The translations under genes and the position numbers were made by a program. 64,000 bases of DNA. Source: an uncultured Alphaproteobacteria bacterium. Lineage in GTDB: Bacteria; Pseudomonadota; Alphaproteobacteria; Rhizobiales; Xanthobacteraceae. The stretch lies in NCBI GenBank assembly GCA_963745515.1, contig CAVUXO010000025.1, positions 30,381 to 94,380 of the forward strand, in the 5' to 3' direction. The notes beneath the pieces are model-generated. The model was not told the DNA's origin, searched no databases, and worked only from the letters and a program-made list of their open reading frames with translations. This document shows, piece by piece, positions 37,945 through 47,743 of the stretch (the first letter of the stretch is position 1; each line of letters begins with the position of its first letter).

Positions 37945-39386
37945 TGCTCTCGGACACCGCGCTGCGAGATGAATTGCTGGTTGGTCCTGCGGCGGACGAT
38001 CGTCCTTGTATCAAAGACGATCGTTCCGGCTGGATTGCCCGTTCAGCCCTGGTGCAGGCCGCTGACGAGCTCGGTTTGCGGATATCGCAAGCCGGCCCTG
38101 GGCTCGTTTTCCTTTTCGCCTCAAATGACGTATCGACGGTGGTGGGACTACTGGCAGCATGGTCGATGCGAATGCCGGTCGCGCTGCTCGATCCTCGCTT
38201 GTCGGCTGAATCCGTCGAGAGATTGATCGGGGCCTATCGACCCGAAGTCGTTCTGGGTCGCGAGCTTGCCGACGAAGACTCGCGTTACCATTCCGTCTCC
38301 ATCCAGCATGCGCTTGGCGCCAATGTCGTCAATCTTGCTCGCACCCCCTGTCGCAGCACGATCAACCCGGATCTTGCGCTTCTCCTGTCGACCTCGGGGA
38401 GCACGGGCTCGCCAAAGTTCGTTCGATTGGCCCGTGACGCTGTCATCGCCAATGCCAGACAGATTGCCCGGGCACTCTCAATCGATGCGACTGACGTCGG
38501 CATTGGGCATCTGCCGCTGCATTATTCCTATGGTCTCTCGGTTGTCACGTCGCACCTCTTTGCTGGTGCATCGATCTCGCTGACCACTGCGCAGGTGACT
38601 GAGCCTGCTTTGTGGAGGAGGATAGGGGAGGATTCCGGGACTTATTTTCCGGGAGTTCCGTTCCATTACAGTGTGCTCGATCGCCTCGGCGTCAAGCGCA
38701 TGGTTCCCGCCTCGGTGCGCACCTTCACCCAAGCGGGGGGACATCTTGACCAAAACACCCGGCTGCGGTGCTACCAGGCAATTTCGGAGAGGGGCGGCCG
38801 ATTTTACGTGATGTATGGACAGACAGAGGCTGGCCCGCGAATTACGACCTTGCAGAGCGATGATTTTCCAAAATACAGCGCGAGCGTCGGACTGGCACTG
38901 GAGGGAGGCGCACTTTCGATCATCGATGACAATGGCGTTCCTCAGCCAGCAAATGCCGAGGGCAATGTCGTCTACCAGGGCCCAAACGTGATGATGGGTT
39001 ATGCGACGGATCGAGAGCAGCTCGCGCTTCCGGATACCCAGGGTGGCCGGCTCGAGACCGGCGACCGAGGCGTGCTGTCCGAAAACGGCTTCTTGACGCT
39101 CACGGGACGCACCCAACGTTTTGCAAAGATCGCCGGGCTTCGTATTGCCCTCGACGAGATTGAGGCTTCTCTGGGTTCCAGCGGTTCCGTCGCGGCGCTC
39201 GCTCCAAAGGACAAGATCGTTCTCTATGTTCACAAATCGGTGGCGCCAGAGGTGAAGACCATGGCGGCCCAACTTGCCCAACGGATGCGCCTGCCGAGCA
39301 CCGTTTTTGTGACAAAACCCGTTGATTTAATCCCGCTCAAGTCGAGCGGAAAAATCGACTACAAGGCGCTGGAGATGCTGGAGTGA
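37941..39386 (+). CDS. AMP-dependent (adenylate-forming) acyl ligase
   Basis: AMP-binding core LLSTSGSTGSPKFVRL, YGQTEAG, GDRG and the C-terminal SGKIDY lysine loop. Start overlaps the FabG-like stop. Confidence 0.85.
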   Translation: MMLSDTALRDELLVGPAADDRPCIKDDRSGWIARSALVQAADELGLRISQAGPGLVFLFASNDVSTVVGLLAAWSMRMPVALLDPRLSAESVERLIGAYRPEVVLGRELADEDSRYHSVSIQHALGANVVNLARTPCRSTINPDLALLLSTSGSTGSPKFVRLARDAVIANARQIARALSIDATDVGIGHLPLHYSYGLSVVTSHLFAGASISLTTAQVTEPALWRRIGEDSGTYFPGVPFHYSVLDRLGVKRMVPASVRTFTQAGGHLDQNTRLRCYQAISERGGRFYVMYGQTEAGPRITTLQSDDFPKYSASVGLALEGGALSIIDDNGVPQPANAEGNVVYQGPNVMMGYATDREQLALPDTQGGRLETGDRGVLSENGFLTLTGRTQRFAKIAGLRIALDEIEASLGSSGSVAALAPKDKIVLYVHKSVAPEVKTMAAQLAQRMRLPSTVFVTKPVDLIPLKSSGKIDYKALEMLE

Positions 39387-40450
39387 TTTTCGAGGAGCTC
39401 GTTTCACGACCGGCATTCACGGTCCCTGATCATGAGAAAGAGCCACTCCTGCTGCGTGGCCTGGCGGAGCTGACGCGTCACCATCATGGCAGTTGCGTTG
39501 GGTATCGGAACATCCTTGAGGCCGCATATGCAGGTCGTCAGTCCTTTGAACGCATAGACGAAATTCCCTACTTGCCGGCTGCGCTGTTCAAGAGGATCGA
39601 GCTGTCGTCGACAGCGAAGCCGACCCTCACCCTGCAGTCCAGCGGAACGACAGGTCAACAACCGAGCAGGATTGTCGTGGACGCCGAGACCTCCGAGCGA
39701 CAATCTCGAGGTCTCCTTTCGGTATTCCGTCCGGTGTTGGGCGCCCATCGTCTGCCGCTGCTTGTCATCGATACTCGCAAGGTCATCACGGACCCCCGGA
39801 TGCTAACGGCGCGCGGCGCGGGCGTGCTGGGAATGATGAAGTTCGGAGCCAAGGCCACTTTCGCACTGGATCCGGACTTGAACGTTATCGAAGCGGACGT
39901 GTTGAGCTTCGTCGAAAGGCATGGGAAACAGCCGTTCTTGATTTTTGGCTTCACGTTTCTCGTATGGCTGAAGTTGTTCAAGACCTTTGAGCATCGTGGA
40001 CTCGATCTCTCGAACGCCATCATCATACATTCGGGTGGCTGGAAGAAGATGGAGGAGATGCGTGTCTCCAACAATGCGTTTCGAGAGCAGTTCAATGCCA
40101 GGTTCGGCATCCGCCACATCCACAATTTCTATGGCTTCGTCGAGCAGCTCGGCTCGATTTTCGTCGAAGCCGATGATGGACTTCTCTACGCGCCCAACTA
40201 CGCGGACGTCATCGTTCGCGATCCCGCCACCCTGCAGCCCCTGCCTGTAGGCGAAACCGGCTTGCTGCAAGTGGTGTCTCTGCTCCCCAAATCTTATCCC
40301 GGCCATTCAATCTTGACCGAGGACCTCGGAATTGTCGAGCGCGTCGACAATGCCTCGATCGGACGCATGGGCAAGGGAATCCGCGTCCTGGGACGGCTGC
40401 CAGCCTCGGAGCTCCGGGGATGCAGCGACGTCATAGCGGCGGCGGCCTAG
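39383..40450 (+). CDS. LuxE-family acyl-protein synthetase
   Basis: Aligns by eye with Vibrio LuxE blocks: IDEIPYLPAALFKR (IDDIPVFPTSVFK), QSSGTTGQ (TSSGTNG), IIHSGGWKK (IITGGGWKS), VRDPATLQPLPVGETGLLQ (ALDPETLKPVPDGTPGLM), C-terminal RGCSD (KGCA). Confidence 0.75.
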   Translation: MIFEELVSRPAFTVPDHEKEPLLLRGLAELTRHHHGSCVGYRNILEAAYAGRQSFERIDEIPYLPAALFKRIELSSTAKPTLTLQSSGTTGQQPSRIVVDAETSERQSRGLLSVFRPVLGAHRLPLLVIDTRKVITDPRMLTARGAGVLGMMKFGAKATFALDPDLNVIEADVLSFVERHGKQPFLIFGFTFLVWLKLFKTFEHRGLDLSNAIIIHSGGWKKMEEMRVSNNAFREQFNARFGIRHIHNFYGFVEQLGSIFVEADDGLLYAPNYADVIVRDPATLQPLPVGETGLLQVVSLLPKSYPGHSILTEDLGIVERVDNASIGRMGKGIRVLGRLPASELRGCSDVIAAAA

Positions 40451-40458
40451 AGGCGCCC

Positions 40459-41682
40459 ATGACGAGTGTGCAGATATACCGTGGTGAAGGAGAGTTCGAG
40501 CCCGTTGAGCTGAATGATTTGCTGGCTCAGCTCGACGCGAGCCGGTCAGCCGTCGCCGTTCCCTTTGCTCCGAAGAGGGTTGAGCTCATAGGCGAATTGT
40601 CGGCTCGCCTTCTTGCTGATCGAAGAATTGTCGAGCAGCCTGCGCTCGCATATTTTGCACACTGGACTCGTCGAGCCGCGCTGCGCGATTTGGCCGCTCG
40701 CTTCAATGCGACGATTCCCACGGGCGCCATCGCGGCGCCCCGCGGCGTTGCCCTTCATTTCCCTCCAAGGAACGTGGAGACGATTCTTCTTTTCTCCTGG
40801 GTCATGTCGTATCTCGTTGGCAATACCAACGTCGTGCGGTTGCCGAGCGAGCGCGGTGCAGCCGTCAGAAAGGCGATTGACCTGCTGGTTGCCGCTCTGA
40901 GGGAGGCTGAGGGCGCCGATCTCTTCATTCAATACCCTGCCGATGATCGGGTCAGCGAAGCTCTGTCCCGCTGCTCGGACGTTCGGATCGTCTGGGGCGG
41001 GGACGGCAAGATTTGAGCATTTGAATCCCTGCCGCTGCGCAATGGTGGAAAATCGATCTGGTTCGGAGATCGATACTCCTATGCGGTCATTTCAGGGCAG
41101 GCGCTCGTGAGCGCAACCGCGGCTGAAATGACGGAGCTTGCGCGCAATCTGGCCCTGGACATTTTCACATTCGATCAGATGGGGTGTTCGTCTCCCCACA
41201 AGGTCTACATCGCGGGCAATTCGGATGCGCACGGCCATGCGGTCGCCGCGCTCATCGACGCGGTGGGCGATGCGGCGCGGCGTCGCGGTACGGCGATTCC
41301 GCCGTCCCATTCGGTCGTTAAATTGACCGAGGCTATGGCTCTGGCGGGCGCCGAACCCGGCGCCCTCGTTCCAAAGCTGTCAGGCGAGCTGATGTCGGTC
41401 GTGGTTCCCGGCATTCGAGACGCAGAGGATCGTGTCGGCGGCGGCTTCATCGTCGTCGAGTTCATCACGGACATTGCCACCCTGATCGGGCGCGTGCGAC
41501 CGGCTCACCAGACCCTGACATACTACGGCTTTACGACGGCCGAGCTGACCGACTTTGCAAGGGCGGCTACACTTGCAGGATTGTCACGCATCGTCCCGAT
41601 CGGTCAGGCGCTTAGTTTCGACGCCATTTGGGACGGGTATGAGCTGTTTCGAGAGCTGACGCGGACTGTACGCATCATTTGA
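40459..41682 (+). pseudogene. LuxC-family acyl-CoA/acyl-protein reductase interrupted by an in-frame TGA
   Basis: ORFs 40420..41016 and 41107..41682 are in the same frame. The TGA at 41014-41016 lies within ...VRIVWGGDGKI*AFESLPLRNGGKSIWFGDRYSYAVI.... An ALDH-like catalytic Cys context FDQMGCSSPH (41185-41187) lies downstream of the stop. Confidence 0.65.
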
Positions 41683-41731
41683 GCGCCGCGATGAGCGTCA
41701 AGCACCACTATGCCAATGCCAGGAGATCGTT

Positions 41732-42151
41732 GTGTCGGACTCCGTATCGGGCGTAAACGTCGGCCATCGGGCCGAGTTTTCGAAGACACTCAGTGCCGAC
41801 GACATCCGCAAGTTCGCCGAGGTCAGCGGCGACACTAATCCGCTGCATTGCGACCCGGAGTACGCGCGGAGAACTCGCTTTGGCGAGTGCATCGTTCACG
41901 GCATGTTGGGCGCGGGTTTCATCTCGGCCGCTATCGGCACGCTGGCCCCGTACGCCGCCGCCGTCTACCTCACGCAGACATTGCGCTTCCTGCGCCCTAT
42001 CAATGTAGGCGACACGATACGCGCCGTGGCGGAGGTGAAGAAAATCGACGCGGAAACGCGCCAGGCAACAGTGAGCACGGTCTGTTACAATCAGCGCAAT
42101 GAGCAGGTCTTGACGGGAAACGCTCTTATCCTTCTGGAGCCGCTGACGTAA
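41732..42151 (+). CDS. MaoC-like (R)-specific enoyl-CoA/ACP hydratase (hot-dog fold)
   Basis: FAEVSGDTNPLHCDPEYARRTRFGECIVHGMLGAGFIS: the canonical MaoC dehydratase motif. 139 aa. Confidence 0.85.
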   Translation: MSDSVSGVNVGHRAEFSKTLSADDIRKFAEVSGDTNPLHCDPEYARRTRFGECIVHGMLGAGFISAAIGTLAPYAAAVYLTQTLRFLRPINVGDTIRAVAEVKKIDAETRQATVSTVCYNQRNEQVLTGNALILLEPLT

Positions 42152-42229
42152 CGATCGGTGCTTAGGATCGATGCCGGGCGCGGCAAGGATGGCGACGAAG
42201 GCCCCCTCAATTTGGTTAGGAGCAAATTT

Positions 42230-43204
42230 TCAGGTCGAGCTGGCCGGCAACGCGGCTGGCAGTACGGCCGCCGGTGGTGCCTTGCTTTCGAGCCGCATCA
42301 AGAAGCCGCGCAGATACCCGGTTGCACTCGTCCAATGGTAGTAGTCCCTGCCGCGCGAAACACGCGCGAGGAAATAGTCGACCATGGGTGTGACGTCGAC
42401 GAGGACGAACGGGATATATCCCCGCAGATAGACCCGCTTCACGATGCCAAGGCGTTCCATCTCCGGGTAATAGTGGCGCGGGTCGATCTGGGCGCTGAAC
42501 ACCGGGTTGTGCAAGAACACGCTTACTCTGCGCTGCTGACCGCTCCAGTCCACGACTTGCATGTCGACAGGCCGTTCGAGATAGGCCTTGGCCGGGAACC
42601 GGTCGCGCAGAATGCCCTCGACGGTGTGCATCTCGGTCAGATGCCAGCCATCCAGCTCCATGAACAGGACCTTCCCGCCGTGGCGATAGAGGCGGCCGTA
42701 GGGACCGTTCAGGTGAAAAGGCACGGGGTCGTGTCGTGTCCGGCGGCCCACTCTTCGGCCTTGTTTCCCCACAACGCGACCGCATGGGTAGGGTGCACGC
42801 TACGCGTCGTGCCGCGGCCGCGTCGAAACAGCTCCGTGATCAATCCCATCTGCGATGGCGTTCGGCGGACGTCGAAGACGGGATCCTTGCTTGCATACTC
42901 CCACATTGCGCCGCGGAACGGCGAGTTGGTCATCCAGAGCAGCCCGTTGGGCGTCACTCGTTCCTTGAGGTGATCGAGTAGCACCAGTAATGCCGCCCTC
43001 GACCTGGGCGAGAACCGCGCTGTGCGAGTGGATGCTCAAGTGATCGCCGCTGCCGATCCCGAGTTGGTCGAGCACGGCTGCGACCTCTTCCATCTTGAGC
43101 GGGCGACCTGCCACCACCTCCTGCCGGAAGCGTCGTTCGTGCTTGCTTCGGTGATACTGATAGACGCGACGCGCCTGATCGAACAACGATGTTATCATAT
43201 TCAT
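42230..43204 (-). pseudogene. AAC(3)-family (Antibiotic_NAT fold) N-acyltransferase, two frameshifts
   Basis: Three minus-strand fragments (42800..43204, 42709..42984, 42230..42772) concatenate into the AAC(3) pattern: GDHLSIHSHSAVLAQVEGG | LLDHLKERVTPNGLLWMTNSPF...FDVRRTPSQMGLITELFR...RSVHPTHAVALWG | PFHLNGPYGRLYRHGGKVLFMELD..LTEMHTVE. Frame switches near 42980 and 42725. Confidence 0.65.
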
Positions 43205-44074
43205 CGTCTCCTACAGTGTCGGCCGGGCACGTACGCGAGGCGCGTCCCATATCCGGGCGTCATAGGTTCATGGCGCACTAGAGCACGCTCCCTGATTTTG
43301 GTCTCAAGGTCCCGGCTATGGGTCCGATCAAGTCCATTGGATTGCACATTGATCAGAAATAACTTGCCAAGAGCATACTGCTCACGGCTGAGGAATCTCA
43401 CGACCAACGGTTGCGAATTCTTAACAAACGCGATGTCCTATCCAAATCCCTCCCAAGTTGGCAAAGCGCACCGTCGCCAGGCCGGCATAGAAGGCCTTGG
43501 TTCGTTTCGTTTGGTTAAAGCCGTCGTTCAACTCCACTGAGGGCGCGCTGCGGAACTACTGCGCGCGCAGCCTTTGTTTCGGCTCCTGAGTGGAGGTAAT
43601 ATTATACACCGTCCGACTAAGGGACGCCGTTCATGCTGTCCCTGAACTGCAGAGATTCGGCCGGCTATGTCTATTTTTTCGTCATACACCATGACTGGCG
43701 GAACCCGCTGTTAAGGCTTGAAAACTTCCTGTCCGCGGGCAATAACACCGTTCATCACGAACCTTGATGAGTGCGGTTCGAGTAGCTGATCGATCCGGCA
43801 CGACCTGCCTGGCGGTGACCTTTGTTCCCGGTTGAGCCCATAGGCGTAGACAAGTCCTCAGTGTCTTAGAATTCGCAATCTGAGAAATAGCTTTGGCGCA
43901 GGCCCAGCCAGATTTTTTTGCTCGGTCTCAGTTCGCGGCTGCGGGCCGAAAAGCTGATTTTGTTAACCTTGAACAAGTTGTTGGCGTTGCCGCATCCATC
44001 GCTCTTGAGTTGTTACGGATGCGTCACCTTCTGAGCTTACTCCTCGGGGGCGCCAAGCCAGAGGCGGGGCATGC

Positions 44075-45010
44075 ATGAAAAAAGTGCTGTTAACAGGTGC
44101 ATCTGGGTTCATAGGCCGCCACAGCATCGCTCCCCTTGAGGCACGGGGATATGAGGTACACGCCATCTCGTCGCGCAGCACCGCGAACGGTGCGCCGGGC
44201 GTGATTTGGCACCAGGCTGATCTGCACGATTTTTCGCAGATGTCCGCATTGGTCGACAAGCTAGCCGCTTCGCACTTGGTGCATCTTGCCTGGTCGGTTG
44301 GCCAGGGCGGGGCAGACGGCGCAAAAAAAGGTGCTTGCCCGGAAGGATACCGGTGGACTGTTGCGACTTTGAATCTCGTTCGGCGCTTCGTTGAGGCCGG
44401 CGGCCGACGCGCTCTGGTTGCGGGGAGCAGCTTCGAGTACGACTGGACTGGTGGCATGTGCGCCGAGCTCACGACGCCGCGGCGGCCGACCAGTTATTAC
44501 GGCACCTGCAAAAGTGCCCTCTTTGACCTTCTCACCGGATATGCGGAGGCGGTCGAACTCTCGATGGCTTGGGCGCGGATCTTTTTTCTCTTCGGCCCGC
44601 ACGAGCCTCCGGCTCGGCTCATCGCGTCCGTCATCCGCAACTTGCTCAACAACGAGCCAGCACTCTGCAGTCAGGGCACACAGATACGCGATTACATGTA
44701 TGTCGAAGATGTTGCCGACGCTCTGGCCGCGATCTTGGACAGCGACGTTCGTGGTCCCGTGAATGTTGGCACGCAGCAACCGATAGCGCTGCGCGACCTG
44801 ATCGCTCAAGCCGCCGACCGGATCGGCCGGCGCGACCTTGTGCGGTTGGGGGCGCTGCCAACCAGGCCAACGGATGCTCCGCTGGTCCTAGCCGACACGA
44901 CCCGCCTGCGCACTGAAGTCGGCTGGCAGCCCGGCATCGGCGTGCCCGAGGGCATGGACCGCACGATCGCCTGGTGGAAGGCTGAATTGAAGCGTGTCAG
45001 CGGCAACTGA
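44075..45010 (+). CDS. NAD-dependent epimerase/dehydratase family (extended SDR)
   Basis: MKKVLLTGASGFIGRH; the YGTCK (Y-x3-K) catalytic motif. 311 aa. Confidence 0.85.
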   Translation: MKKVLLTGASGFIGRHSIAPLEARGYEVHAISSRSTANGAPGVIWHQADLHDFSQMSALVDKLAASHLVHLAWSVGQGGADGAKKGACPEGYRWTVATLNLVRRFVEAGGRRALVAGSSFEYDWTGGMCAELTTPRRPTSYYGTCKSALFDLLTGYAEAVELSMAWARIFFLFGPHEPPARLIASVIRNLLNNEPALCSQGTQIRDYMYVEDVADALAAILDSDVRGPVNVGTQQPIALRDLIAQAADRIGRRDLVRLGALPTRPTDAPLVLADTTRLRTEVGWQPGIGVPEGMDRTIAWWKAELKRVSGN

Positions 45011-45044
45011 GTTTTCCCAAACACTCGACAGGTCTCACAAAACT

Positions 45045-46367
45045 ATGACGCAATCACGCATCTGCATCATCGGCTCGGGCATGGCTGGCTTTGGCGCAGC
45101 TCATCGCTTTCACGAGGCCGGCTTGTCCACTCTCTTGTTCGAGAAGCATCCCCATTACGGCGGGCATACTGCTTCCTACACATTTCCCGAAGGATTCGTA
45201 TTCGACGAGGGACCGCACATCTCCTTCACCAAGGATGAACGCTTGAAAGCGCTGTTTGCCGAGAGCGTGAACGGCGAATACGAGTTGCTGCAGACGAATG
45301 TCAACAACTATTGGCGCGGCCATTGGATCAAGCATCCTGCACAGATCAATCTCTATGGGCTGCCGCCCGACTTGGTGATTTCGATCGTCAAGGATTACGT
45401 CAAGGCCCATCAAAGCCCGCCACCGGAAATCCGCAACTATGCCGACTGGTTGGTGGCCGCGTATGGCGAAACGTTCGCCCGCACGTTTCCCATGGAATAT
45501 ACGATCAAGTATCACACGACCACCGCCGACAACATGCACACCGACTGGATCGGGCCGCGTATGTATCCGGCGTCGCTCGATGAGGTGCTCCGCGGGGCGC
45601 TTGTACCGTCGACCTCAGAAGTGCACTACATCACGAATTTCCGTTACCCGAAGCACGGTGGCTTCGTGCAGTTTCTCAACAAATTCGTCAAAGAGACAGA
45701 AGTCCGCTGCGGTCACGAATTGATCCGTATCGACCCGAAAGCGCGAACGCTCCATTTCAAGAATGGTCACGTACAACCCTACGATCAGCTGGTGTCGTCA
45801 GTCCCGCTGCCTGAGCTCATTCCGATGATCGACGGGGCGCCGCGCGATGTGCTCGAAGCGGCCGCGAAGCTGGCCTGCACCGAGCTCGTTCTGGTAAGCT
45901 TGGGCCTGAACAAGCCGGATGTTATCGATGCGACCTGGACGTACTTCTACGATCGAGATTTCTTCTTGACCCGGCTGAGCACGCCGCACCTGCAATCACG
46001 CAATAACGTGCCGCCCGGATGCTGCAGCATCCAGGCCGAGTGCTATTTTTCAGACAAGTACCGGCCGCTCGACCGGCGGCCTGAGGATTGCATCGCACCC
46101 GTGATCGAGGATCTAATTCGGTGCGGATTGATTGCTGGGGAGCACGAGGTCATCTTCAGGAATGTTATGCATATCAAGTATGCGAACGTAATCTTCGATC
46201 TTGAAAGCGCGCCGGCGACAGCCACCGTGCACGGCTATTTGGATGACATCGGCATCCAATATTGCGGCCGCTACGGCGATTGGGCCTACATCTGGACCGA
46301 TGAATTTTTCATCAGCGGGGAGAGGGCGGCATCCAAGGCAATCGATGCCTTGGGTCGCAAATCGTAA
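45045..46367 (+). CDS. FAD/NAD(P)-binding oxidoreductase (amine-oxidase / UDP-galactopyranose-mutase-like flavoprotein)
   Basis: Dinucleotide fold ICIIGSGMAGFGAAHRF...LLFEKHPHYGGH followed by FDEGPHISF. The start is set at the ATG (45045) just before the GxGxxG. Confidence 0.7.
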   Translation: MTQSRICIIGSGMAGFGAAHRFHEAGLSTLLFEKHPHYGGHTASYTFPEGFVFDEGPHISFTKDERLKALFAESVNGEYELLQTNVNNYWRGHWIKHPAQINLYGLPPDLVISIVKDYVKAHQSPPPEIRNYADWLVAAYGETFARTFPMEYTIKYHTTTADNMHTDWIGPRMYPASLDEVLRGALVPSTSEVHYITNFRYPKHGGFVQFLNKFVKETEVRCGHELIRIDPKARTLHFKNGHVQPYDQLVSSVPLPELIPMIDGAPRDVLEAAAKLACTELVLVSLGLNKPDVIDATWTYFYDRDFFLTRLSTPHLQSRNNVPPGCCSIQAECYFSDKYRPLDRRPEDCIAPVIEDLIRCGLIAGEHEVIFRNVMHIKYANVIFDLESAPATATVHGYLDDIGIQYCGRYGDWAYIWTDEFFISGERAASKAIDALGRKS

Positions 46368-46413
46368 GGCAAGCGATCCGCCGCGTGATTATTCCAAGGA
46401 AACGATGGGTCGC

Positions 46414-47743
46414 CTAAAGTCCGATACCCTCGTAGCGGGCCAGGCTGTTCTTATCGAACGCTCGGCGGCCATCCACGAGCACCGGCTGCGGATCGCGGCC
46501 TTTCAGGAGCGCCGGCACGTCGCGAAACTCGCTCCAGGGGGTGACGACCACGACGGCGTCAACCTCAGCCAGCGCTGAATCAAGATCCTCGCTATAGCTC
46601 ACGCCGGGCTCGCTGAAGACCTTTCGGGCCTCGTCCATGGCGACCGGATCATAGGCTTTGAGCACCGCTCCCAGCCGCAGGAGCTCGCGCATGATCGGAA
46701 AGGCGGGACTTTCGCGAACGTCGTTCGTGCCGGGTTTGAACGAAAGGCCAAGCACCGCCACATTCAGGCCCTTGAAACTGGTCCAGTGCTTTTCCAGAAG
46801 TGCCACGACCCGTTTTGGCTGCTCTTCGTTGACGCGAATGACCGCCTCGAGCAGAGGCATGGCCCGGCCCCCAGCCTCACCATGTGCAATGAGCGCTTTG
46901 ACATCTTTCGGCAGACAACTGCCGCCAAAGCCACACCCTGCTTGAAGAAAGGAGACAATCGGGGGCAACCCTTCCGCGTTGCGGCCTCGGAAATACTGAC
47001 TCATGTGCACGCCGCGCATGACGTCGACAGCGTCGATATTGCCAATCTCGGCGCCAAGGTTGGCGATCTCATTCGAGAAAGAGATCAGATTTGCAAGCAG
47101 AGCATTCGACGCATACTTGATGAGCTCGGCAGTACGGGTCGTCGTGCGGATGCGTGGCACATTCGGGAAGGGGCTGTATACTTCGTCGATTGCGTCGAGC
47201 GCTCGCTCATCGATCGCTCCCAGTACGATGCGGTCCGGGAACATGAAGTCATGCACGGCCTCGCCTTCGGACAGGAATTCAGGATTCATTCCCACGCCGA
47301 AGTCGGGGCCGGCCTTGCGCCCAGATGCCGCTTCCAGCGCAGGTAGAACATGCCGATCCGTTGTGCCCGGCACGACCGTGCTCTTAACGACCACGACGTG
47401 GTACCCGGGTTTGCGCTTGAGCGCTTCTCCGATCTGTCTGGAGGCTTCCAGCACAGCCGTCAGGTCGATGGTCTTGCCGTTGAAAGGCGTTCCCACGGCG
47501 ATCAGCGTCAAGTCCGAGTTCGAGAACAGCCGCCGGCAAGTCGCCGGTCGCCTTCAGTCTCTTGCCGACGTTCCTGGCAAGAAGCTGATCCAGATCCTGC
47601 TCAAATATCGGCGATTCCGCGCGGTTCAGCATCGCCACGCGCTTGGGATCGATATCGACGCAGGTTACGTCATGCCCCTTATCGGCGAGGCAGGCGCCCG
47701 TCACCAATCCCACATATCCAGTTCCGACGATCGACAGTTTCAT
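46414..47743 (-). pseudogene. UDP-glucose/GDP-mannose dehydrogenase-family nucleotide-sugar dehydrogenase, one frameshift
   Basis: N-terminus MKLSIVGTGYVGLVTGACLADKGHDVTCVD (ORF 47384..47743) continues in another frame as LTLIAVGTPFNG...NPEFLSEGEAV...GFGGSCLPKD (ORF 46414..47511). 1-nt indel near 47520. Confidence 0.85.

Noticed and set aside
41014-41016. Possibility that the in-frame TGA in the LuxC-like gene encodes selenocysteine.
   Set aside because: The position is not the catalytic residue; the candidate catalytic Cys is about 57 codons downstream. I could not fold a convincing SECIS-like hairpin directly 3' of the TGA, and LuxC-family reductases are not known selenoproteins. A nonsense mutation or base-call error is more likely.
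43205-44074. 870-nt AT-richer gap between the AAC(3)-like pseudogene and the SDR gene; I checked it for a small gene, tRNA or decayed ORF (e.g. 43201..43407 on the minus strand).
   Set aside because: No frame gives a recognisable protein and no RNA-gene hallmarks were seen. It may hold a promoter or a fully eroded gene, but nothing can be supported from sequence alone.
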